Positions 26,562 through 36,400 of a stretch of 64,000 nt of DNA are shown in pieces. The DNA lies in the NCBI GenBank assembly GCA_051003195.1, contig JBPCLP010000044.1:1-64000 (forward strand), written 5' to 3'. The stretch comes from Candidatus Sumerlaeaceae bacterium (GTDB lineage Bacteria > Sumerlaeota > Sumerlaeia > Sumerlaeales > Sumerlaeaceae). Position 1 is the first letter of the stretch, and every line of letters begins with the position of its first letter. The notes under the pieces were generated by a model, which made no database searches, was not told where the DNA came from, and saw nothing but the letters and a program-made list of their open reading frames with translations. The position numbers and the translations under genes are program-made.

Positions 26562-29500
26562 ATGAAACGACAATCCCTGTCCCTGCTGCTGAACACATTC
26601 GTCGCGCTAACGATTCCCATGCGCTTATGCAGCGCCGACACCGGGCCAAGACCCAACGTGATATTGATCGTCGCGGACGACTATGGCTGGAAAGATGTCG
26701 GCTGTTACGGCAGCGATTTCTATCTCACGCCCAACATAGACAAGCTCGCAGCGGACGGCATGCGATTTACGCAGGCCTACTCGGCATGTACCGTCTGCTC
26801 CCCGTCGCGCGCCGCGCTGCTTACCGGCAAATACCCCGCGCGCCTGCACGTCACCGACTGGATTCCCGGCCAGATGCCCGACAATCCAAAGCTCATTGTG
26901 CCGGATTGGACTAAGCAACTGGGACTTGAGGAAGTCACCCTCGCTCGCAAGCTGCATGACTCAGGTTACGCCACAGCCAGTATGGGCAAGTGGCACCTCG
27001 GCGGCGAGGAGTACTATCCGGAGAAGCATGGCTTTGATGTGAACATAGCGGGGTCGCATCGCGCCGAGCCGCGCACGTATCTTGCGCCGTACGGAATCCC
27101 CACGTTACAAGAAGGTCCGCCAGGCGAGTACCTCACCGACCGCCTTGGTGATGAAGCGCTCCGATTCATCGAGTCGCACACCACTCAGCCTTTCCTTCTC
27201 TACCTTCCCCACTTCGCCGTGCACATCCCGCAGCACGCGAAGAAAGAACTGATCGAGAAACACCGAGCTCGTCTGCGCCCCGGCCTCACGCAAACCAACG
27301 AAGTTTACGCCGCGATGATCGAGAGCCTGGACGATACCATTGGCCGCGTCCGCGCGAAACTCCAGCAGCTCGGGCTCGCCGAGCGTACCATCATCATCTT
27401 CACCTCCGACAACGGCGCGCGAATTCCCAACAGCAACAACGCCCCGCTTCGCGCCGGCAAAGGCTCAGCCTATGAGGGCGGTACCCGCGTGCCGTTCATC
27501 GTGCACTGGTCTGGCGTCACGAAACCCGGCACCATCTGCGAGACACCCACCATCGGCACCGATATATTTCCGACAGTGCTCGAAATGACCGGCGTCGCGG
27601 CCGCGAACAGCGCCGCAACGACCGACGGCCTCAGCCTTGTGCCGTTGCTAAAACAATCCGGGCAGCTCAACCGCGACGCCATCTTTTGGCACTACCCGCA
27701 CTACCAGCACTACCAGCAGGGGGGTGCGACGCCCTACGGCGCCATCCGCGCGGGCGACTTCAAGCTCATCGAGTTCTTCGACGACATGCGGGTCGAGCTA
27801 TACAACCTGAGGGAAGACATCGGCGAGCAACACAACCTCGCCCCGCAAATGCCGGACAAAGCCAACGAACTGCGCGACGTCCTGCACGTCTGGCGCAACG
27901 AAGTCGGCGCGCAGATGCCAACCCGCAACCCGGCTTATGATCCGTCCCGGCCCGAAGCCACACCCAAAAACCAGAGCACCAGCGCGACCCTCACCCCACT
28001 CGCGCAGAAAGTTTCGCCGGCAGTCGCCGACAAGCAGGACTTCGCTCCGCCCGACCGCGTCCGCCTATCGGGCTGGATGGGATCGCGCATCGACGCCAAT
28101 GAATCGAACCGGCTCGTGAAGATCGACACCAATCGCCTGCTCGAGGGCTACCGCAAACGACCCGGCCGCCAGATCTGGGACGGTGAGCACGTCGGCAAAT
28201 GGCTGCACGCCGCGACTCTTGCCTGGGCCAACACCGGCGATTTTGCGCTTCGACAGAAACTCGACACCACTGTCGCGGAGCTCGTCAAATGCCAGCTGAC
28301 TGACGGCTACCTTGGAACCTACATCGACGCCAAACGCTGGACCGAGTGGGACGTATGGGCGCACAAGTACAACCTCATTGGTCTCATCACCTATATGAAC
28401 TACACTGACAACATGGATCCGCTACCGACGTGCCGCCGCATGGCCGATCTGCTGTGCAACACGTTCGGCGATGAACCCGGCAAGCGCGACATCATCCCCG
28501 CCGGTCACCACATGGGCATGGCGCCCACCAGCGTGCTCGAACCCATGGTGCTGCTGTACCGCCTGACCGGCGAGCCGCGCTACCTCGACTTCTGCAAATA
28601 CATCCTGCGCGCGTGGGAGCAACCCAATGGCCCCAAGATCATCTCCAGGCTTCTCGCGGGCGAACCCGTTTACAAAATCGGCAATGCGAAAGCTTACGAA
28701 ATGCTCTCGTGCCTTAATGGTGCGCTGGAGTACTACCGGACCGTCAATGACGCGCAGATTCTCAAGGCATGTCTCAATGCCTGGCAGGACATTGTCGACC
28801 ACAGGTTGTATCCAACCGGCGCAGCCAGCTACCGCGAGTTCTTCCGCGTCGATAACGATTTTCCCAACCTCAACAATGTCGGAGAAACCTGCGTCACTGT
28901 CACGTGGTTGCAGTTCAACGCACAGTTGCTTCGCCTCACGGGCGAAGCGCGTTTCGCGGAACAACTGGAGCGCGTCGTGCTCAACCAGCTGTTTGGTGCG
29001 CAGCGTCCCGATGGCGCCGCGTGGGGTTATTACGTGCAGATGGAAGGCCGCAAACCCTACAGCAATGTGCTGGATGGTCACTGCTGCCTCTCCAGCGGTC
29101 CGCGCGGTATCGCGCTCATTCCGACCTTCGCCGTCACCACGGATGGCGACGGTGTCGTCGTAAACCTATACGATGCCGGCCGTGCGCGTCTCAGCCTGCA
29201 CGACGGAACCACGGTCACGCTCATCACCGACACAATGTACCCCAGCCAAAGCGAAGTTCGTATGAAATTGCAGGGCTTTAACAAGAAGACCTTCGCACTT
29301 AAGCTGCGGGTTCCGCAATGGTGCAGAGTTTTCAGCGTCGAGGTGAACGGTCAGCCGATCACAAGAGAGGGACCTTCCGACGGCTATTTCCCGATTCAGC
29401 GCGAATGGATGAAGGGTGACGAAGTGCGCATGGTGCTTCACCAGGAACCCCGCGTTCTCGTCGGCACTCACAAGAACGAAAACAAGGCCGCCGTAATGGT

Positions 29501-30263
29501 AGGACCGCTTGTGCTCGCCGCCGACGAAGTGCTTCTCGGCGACACGTCGCTGCGCGAAGTCGCGCTTACAACCCCCTCACTTGATGCTCTCAAACCTACA
29601 CAGGAGGAAGTGATTCCCGCACTGAGGACCTGGCCGGGTTCGCGCAATTATCGTATCCACGGCGTCGCGCGCGATACCTCGGACACAGCACCCGAAAAGC
29701 AGATTACATTTCCGCTGCGTACCTTCGCCGACGCCGGAGCTACCAGCACCACCTACAAAGTCTGGCTGCCGTATGGTACTCCGCCGCCCGACCGCAATCT
29801 CATCCGCGACGGAATCGAAACGCGCTCGCGCAAACCCAGCAGCGGGTCCATTCTCGACGGCGATGTATCCACCGTCGCCAGCACGCAAAGCAACAAGCGC
29901 GCAAAAGACGACTGGTTCGCAGTCGAAGTTGCTGAGCCGGTCACGGTCAAACGCATCGTATTCTTTCACGGCGACACCACACCCAATGGCGGCTGGTTCG
30001 ATACATCCGCTGGCAAACTGCGCATCGAAATTAAGACCTCCCCTGATTCTCAGTGGCAACTGTTGCGCAACATCGACGATTATCCGGCCACGACCGAAAC
30101 GGATGCCGCCGGTCTGAAACACGCCACGCGGTTCGAAATCAACCTCCCGGAGCCGGCGCAACTCTCCGGTATTCGCATCGTCGGCAAACCGTCTTGCGGC
30201 GCGAATCCCAACCAGAACTTTTCCACCTGCGCCGAGCTGCAGGCCTTCAGTATCAGCGACTAA
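26562..30263 (+). CDS. Secreted sulfatase fused to GH127-family glycoside hydrolase and discoidin-like domain
   Basis: ADD, CSPSRAALLTG, GKWHLG, SDNG; then WDGEHVGKWL, AKAYE, ETC, HCC, LRVPQW, GPLV. Confidence 0.88.
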   Translation: MKRQSLSLLLNTFVALTIPMRLCSADTGPRPNVILIVADDYGWKDVGCYGSDFYLTPNIDKLAADGMRFTQAYSACTVCSPSRAALLTGKYPARLHVTDWIPGQMPDNPKLIVPDWTKQLGLEEVTLARKLHDSGYATASMGKWHLGGEEYYPEKHGFDVNIAGSHRAEPRTYLAPYGIPTLQEGPPGEYLTDRLGDEALRFIESHTTQPFLLYLPHFAVHIPQHAKKELIEKHRARLRPGLTQTNEVYAAMIESLDDTIGRVRAKLQQLGLAERTIIIFTSDNGARIPNSNNAPLRAGKGSAYEGGTRVPFIVHWSGVTKPGTICETPTIGTDIFPTVLEMTGVAAANSAATTDGLSLVPLLKQSGQLNRDAIFWHYPHYQHYQQGGATPYGAIRAGDFKLIEFFDDMRVELYNLREDIGEQHNLAPQMPDKANELRDVLHVWRNEVGAQMPTRNPAYDPSRPEATPKNQSTSATLTPLAQKVSPAVADKQDFAPPDRVRLSGWMGSRIDANESNRLVKIDTNRLLEGYRKRPGRQIWDGEHVGKWLHAATLAWANTGDFALRQKLDTTVAELVKCQLTDGYLGTYIDAKRWTEWDVWAHKYNLIGLITYMNYTDNMDPLPTCRRMADLLCNTFGDEPGKRDIIPAGHHMGMAPTSVLEPMVLLYRLTGEPRYLDFCKYILRAWEQPNGPKIISRLLAGEPVYKIGNAKAYEMLSCLNGALEYYRTVNDAQILKACLNAWQDIVDHRLYPTGAASYREFFRVDNDFPNLNNVGETCVTVTWLQFNAQLLRLTGEARFAEQLERVVLNQLFGAQRPDGAAWGYYVQMEGRKPYSNVLDGHCCLSSGPRGIALIPTFAVTTDGDGVVVNLYDAGRARLSLHDGTTVTLITDTMYPSQSEVRMKLQGFNKKTFALKLRVPQWCRVFSVEVNGQPITREGPSDGYFPIQREWMKGDEVRMVLHQEPRVLVGTHKNENKAAVMVGPLVLAADEVLLGDTSLREVALTTPSLDALKPTQEEVIPALRTWPGSRNYRIHGVARDTSDTAPEKQITFPLRTFADAGATSTTYKVWLPYGTPPPDRNLIRDGIETRSRKPSSGSILDGDVSTVASTQSNKRAKDDWFAVEVAEPVTVKRIVFFHGDTTPNGGWFDTSAGKLRIEIKTSPDSQWQLLRNIDDYPATTETDAAGLKHATRFEINLPEPAQLSGIRIVGKPSCGANPNQNFSTCAELQAFSISD

Positions 30264-30475
30264 TCTGGCAAATGCTTTCTTAATTCTTATTCGGATGACT
30301 GCTATGGCATTGATACTGTTAGAAGAAATGCTATGTGCCATTGCGACGTTGGGTTTTCAACCTTGCGGCCATAAGCATTAAGTAAAGGTAGTGTTGTAAG
30401 TTGGTACGTAGGTTCTAAATTACTCTAGCGACCGGGCTGGGAGTGTAAATTGTATCGAAACTCGCCGCTCGCCGC

Positions 30476-33400
30476 ATGAGTCGCCTGTTACTATTGAATA
30501 GACCGCTAAGTCTGCCAGATAGCAGCTCTGAGGAGCCGCTGCGTCAGGAATTGTTCAGCACAGAACAATTGTGCGAACACGCGCGTGTAATCGCTGCACA
30601 GCATCAGCTCGATACACATCGATATCCAGACCGGTTGCTCGTGCGGCTTACTGAAAACGAGAAGGTTTTGACGTATGCTTACGACCAGGAAAACCGTGCA
30701 GCAGAAAAGAAGCGCGACCTAACTGCGACGTCGGAGTGGCTTCTCGATAATTATTACCTTATCGAAGAACAAATCAGGATCGCGCGGCAGCATTTGCCGA
30801 AAGGATACAGTCGGCAGTTGCCGCGGTTGCGAAATAGTACGCCCCCGAATGTGCCGCGTGCGTACGGCATCGTGCTCGAGCTTATCTCACATGTGGATGG
30901 ACGCGTAGACGGCGAGAATCTTACCGTTTTTGTGGAGTCTTACCAGTCGGTAACGCAACTGACTCTTGGCGAGCTGTGGGCAATACCTATTATGCTGCGG
31001 CTTGCACTGATCGAAAACCTGCGCCGCGTGGCTGCTCGCCTGGCAGCCCGGCGAAAACATTTTGAGTTAGCGGATCACTGGGTAGATCGGCTCATTGAAC
31101 GCGCCGAGATCGACCCGACCACACTGATCGTCACCGTCGCCGAGATGGCACAGGCACGCTTGCCGATGTCCGGCGCGTTCGTCGGTCAGTTTTCAAAACG
31201 CATGCAGGACTACAGCGGCGCGCCTTCCTTTGCGATATCCTGGCTTGAGCAGCAGCTGGTTCACGAGGGCTCGACCGTGGTGGAGCTGGTGCGTGCCGAC
31301 ATGACTCAACAGGCAATCGAGCATATCTCGATGAACAACAGCATCGGCAGCCTGCGCACGCTGGAGGCGATCGACTGGCGCGAGTTCGTAGATACGCTGA
31401 GTATTGTAGAAAAAACGCTGAGGTCCGACCCGGCAGACGTTTACAGCGATATGGATTTCTTTACGCGGGATGCATGCCGTCACCGCGTTGAGGACATTTC
31501 GCGACGTTCGCGCCAGTCAGAATATGCTGTGGCGCAGCTCGCAGTAGAGATCTCCCGTGCCGCACTCGCAAGTCACGGAAAGCGCGCGCCCGAGTCTCAC
31601 GTGGGCTATTATCTGCTCGATAACGGAATCGCGGCACTTAAACAGGCGGCAAATATACGGCCGGGTTTCAGAGACTTTCTGGATAAATGCCGGCGTTGCA
31701 CTTTTGGGAGCTACATTTATTCGCTGACACTGCTTTCCGCCACCGTCGCTTTAATGCTTCTGTGGTTGGAATTCTCGGGCACACAGCGCGCCTGGCTGTG
31801 GCTCCCGGTCGGTATCCTGGTGCTGATCTGCGCGTCACAACTCGCGGCAACACTGGTCAACTGGCTAGCAATGCAGCTTGTTCACCCGCGGGCCCTGCCG
31901 CGAATGGATTTTTCCGAGGGCATTCCGCCGGACTGCAAAACGCTGGTCGCAGTGCCAACACTACTCACGGACATCAAGAGCGCGCAGGATTTGCTCGATG
32001 ATCTTGAAGTGCGCTACCTGGCGAATCGCGATGCTCGGCTGTCGTTCGCACTGCTTACCGATCTTCCGGACGCTGCTGCCGAGATAATCGAATCGGATGC
32101 TGCAGTTGTCCAGCTCGTGAGCGAAGGCATTCGTGAGCTCAATGACAAATACCATGTGGAGCAGCGTGATGTCTACTATCTGTTTCATCGGCCCCGCCTG
32201 TGGAATGCGCAGGAACGCGTGTGGATGGGTTATGAGCGGAAACGGGGAAAGCTGGGTGACCTGAACGCGCTATTACAGGGTGAAGCGCGCGATCGCTTCT
32301 CTGTGATCGTGGGAGATACAGCGCAACTCCAGGGCGTGAAGTTTATTATCACGCTCGATACCGATACGCGTTTGCCACGCGAAGCCGCCCAAAAACTAGT
32401 CGCAACGATGGCGCATCCGCTTAACCGCCCGGGCTATAGCACGGATGGCACCCGCATCGTGCGTGGATACAGCATCTTGCAGCCGCGAGTTGCTGTAAGC
32501 CTGCCCAGTTCCCGTAGATCGTGGTACGTGCGGTTGTTCGGTGGAGATGCGGGGATTGATCCGTACACCCGCACTGTCTCTGACGTATACCAGGATCTCT
32601 TTGAAGAGGGTTCGTTTATCGGCAAGGGCATCTATGACCTGGAAGCTTTCCAGCGAGAGCTCGATGGACAATTCCCCGAAAACCTCATTCTAAGCCATGA
32701 CCTCCTCGAAGGCTGCTACGCACGTTCCGGTCTGGTAACCGATGTGGAACTTTTTGAAGATCACCCCTCGCGCTACAGCACCGATGTTGCACGCCGTAGC
32801 CGATGGATACGCGGCGACTGGCAGATAGCGCGATATGTTCTACCGGGCTGCTCCCGCAGGCAGAATGCACCTGAGTCAGACTATCTGTCGGGGCTCTCGC
32901 GCTGGAAAATTTTCGACAACCTGCGGCGAAGCCTTGTGCCGGCCAGCGCGTTTGCACTGCTGTTGGTGGGTTGGATGTTGCTCAATAATCCCTGGCCTTG
33001 GACCGCGTTTGTCGTCGCCATTTTTCTTAGTCCTGCAATATTAGGCTTACTGGCCGGAGGATGCAATCGCTCTTCGGAGCTGCCATGGACTCTGCACTTG
33101 CTCGAGTGTGGCAAAGCTTTCGGCAGGCAAGTGATGCAGAGTGTCTTTACAGTGGCTATGCTGCCCTACGAAACCTATTACAGCCTCGATGCCATAGCAC
33201 GCACGCTCCACCGTCTCATTGTATCAAAACGCCATCTGCTGGAATGGACGACGGCAAAGCAGGCGGGACGCAATTCGTCCGCCGGGCTCGCGGCTCAGTG
33301 GCGCCAGATGTGGATGAGCCCGGCCGTTGCGTCGCTCGTTCTTGTCGAGCTGTTCTGGTCTCGGCCTATTGTATTAATTCCAGCAGCTCCGTTCCTGTCG

Positions 33401-36400
33401 CTCTGGCTACTCTCGCCCGTCATTGCGTGGTGGATCAGCTTGCCCTTGCGCGAACGCACAACCCTCCGCGCTCCACAACAGCGGGCGTTCCTGGAGAAAC
33501 TGGCGCGTAGAACATGGCGTTTCTTCGAGACGTTCGCCGGCCCTGACGATCATTGGCTGCCGGTAGATAACTACCAGGAGTACCCTGTTACCACGACCGC
33601 ACATCGGACATCTCCCACCAATATGGGAATGTGCCTTCTATCAAATCTGACGGCATACGATTTCGGATATATTACGTGCGGAGAGTTGGTCGAACGCACG
33701 CAGCGGACTCTCAATTCCATGCAGTTGCTCGAGCGATTCCGCGGCCATTTTTACAACTGGTATGATACCAATACACTTAAGCCGCTGGAGCCCTTATATG
33801 TTTCCACAGTGGACAGCGGCAACCTCGCCGGCCATCTGCTGACGTTGCGTCAGGGGCTGCTCGCTTTACCAGAAGTCGGCATTCTTCCTGCGCGTCATCT
33901 CAGCGGCTTACGCGACACTTTGGAGCTCTTCGCCGATTCGCTTCAAATGAAGGATTCTGCAAAGGCCCCAAGACCAGAGACGCTTACTCGCAGCGTCGAT
34001 ATGGTCATCACTGCGATACGTGCTGAACTCGCCATCGACAATCGATCACTGACTGATTACATCGATTTAATCCAGAAGTTGCAGCTTGCTGGCGATGAGC
34101 TCGCGTCTCGTTTTGCTCCTGATGATGATACCGAAGCTAACTATTGGTCTGTGGCATTCAGCAGGCAGTGTCGGTCTGCATTAGCCGAGCTGGAAGAGCT
34201 TACGCCCTGGCTCTTTCTTGAGCAGAACGGTAACCATGATGAAGAACTTCACGCACATCTGGACGAGCTGAACGAAAGCGGTTCGCTTAACGCGATTGCG
34301 TCACTCGCAACCCGGTTTCCTGGTGAGGCAAGCACCCTAAGATATAATAGTACTTCAGACAATGGCGGGACGGCCACTGCCGTCGCGGTCGACACCAGGC
34401 TTCTTCAATGCGTTTCAGAAGCTACCCAGCGCGCGAAACTTAGAATCCAGTTAATTGAGCAGATGGCGGCCGTCTGCCAGGAACTCGCTGAACTCGACTA
34501 CGATTTTCTCTATGATACTTCGCGTCAGCTGCTAACGATAGGTTACAATGTAACAGACCGCCGCCGCGACGCCAGCTGCTACGATCTGCTCGCATCTGAA
34601 GCCCGCCTGTGCAGCTTTGTCGCGATCGCACAAAACCGCCTCCCTCTCGAACACTGGTTCGCCCTCGGGAGGCAACTTACGACTTCAGGCGCGGAGACCG
34701 CGCTCCTTTCCTGGAGCGGGTCGATGTTTGAGTACCTGATGCCGTTGCTCGTCATGCCCGACTACGAGGGCACACTCCTTCATGAAACCTACAAGGCGGT
34801 AGTGGAACGCCAGATCGAGTACGGGCGTGAACGCGGGGTTCCGTGGGGAATCTCTGAATCTGGTTACAACCTGACAGATGCACGTCTGGACTACCAGTAC
34901 CGCGCGTTCGGTGTTCCGGGCCTTGGCCTGAAGCGCGGTCTGTCCAAAGACATAGTTATCGCACCCTACGCTTGTGTGATGGCGCTGATGATAGAGCCGG
35001 AGCGCGCTTGTTCAAACCTGCAGCATATGGTGGAGCTGGGTTATGTGGGTGCTTACGGAATGTACGAGGCGATTGATTACACTTCGGCGCGTCTCACGCG
35101 AACTCAAAACGCGGCCATTGTGCGTTCATTCATGGCACACCACCAGGGCATGAGCTTTTTGTCGCTCGCGTACGTGCTGCTCGATCGGCCAATGCAGATG
35201 CGCTTCATGGCGGATCCGCTGTTTCGCGCAACTGATCTTCTCCTGCAGGAGCGTGTCCCCAAGGCCGTTCCGTTCTACCCGCATGCGATGGAAGTTTCCA
35301 GCGCGCGCGTGGCCTCCACCCAGCCTGCAGAATCCATGCGTGTCATCACTACGCCACACACGCCGCACCCTGAGGTCCGGCTCCTGTCCAACGGCCGCTA
35401 CACGGTAATGGTCACGAATTCGGGCAGCGGGCAAAGCCTCTGGAACGGTCTCTCGCTTACTCGTTGGCGTGAAGACCCGACGCGCGATAACTGGGGGCAG
35501 TTCTGCTATATCCGCGATGTGAATGCCGACGAAAGCTGGTGCGCCGGTTACCATCCACTAATGTCTTTATCGAAACGCTACGAGGCCATTTTTTCGCCGG
35601 GCCGCGCCGAGTTCCGGCGTTGGGATAGCTCTATCGAAACCCATACGGATATCATGGTATCGGCTGAAGATGACGTCGAGTTGCGTCGAATTACAGTTTC
35701 GAACAACTCCGCCTCAAGCAAGCTCATCGAGCTGACGACATACGCCGAGGTTGTGCTGGCTGCACAGCCAGCCGACGAGACACATCCCGCATTCAGCAAT
35801 CTCTTCGTCCAGACGGAACTCTATAGGGATCGACAGGCAATTCTTTGCACGCGGCGTCCGCGTGCACCAGGAGAACAGCATCCCTGGATGATCCACCTGC
35901 TATCGATAAGTGGAACGATGGCCGGTTCAGCATCATACGAAACTGACCGGATGAAGTTCCTCGGTCGCGGCAGGACCACGGCGAATCCGGTCGCGATGGA
36001 GACGGACGTATTGAGCGGCACTGAGGGACCTGTCCTGGATCCGATTGTTGCGATCAGGTGCCGTGTAAGCATCGAGCCCGACGAGAACTGCGTTGTGGAC
36101 GTGGTTACGGGAGTCGCCGATACACGCGACGGCGCATTGGCATTGATCGAGAAGTATCACGACCGCCGCCTGACCGACCGAATTGCAGAACTCTCGTGGA
36201 CGCACGAACAGCTCATTCTGCGCCAGCTTCAGGCGTCCTTTTCTGATTTGCAGGCTTTTGAGCAGTTAGTTTCGACAATGATTTACAGTCATGCGCGCCG
36301 CAGAGCCAGCGCCACAATTCTGCTCAAGAATTCCCGCACGCAGGCAGGCTTGTGGGGTTACGGTCTTTCTGGTGACATGCCGATTATGCTGGTCCGCATC

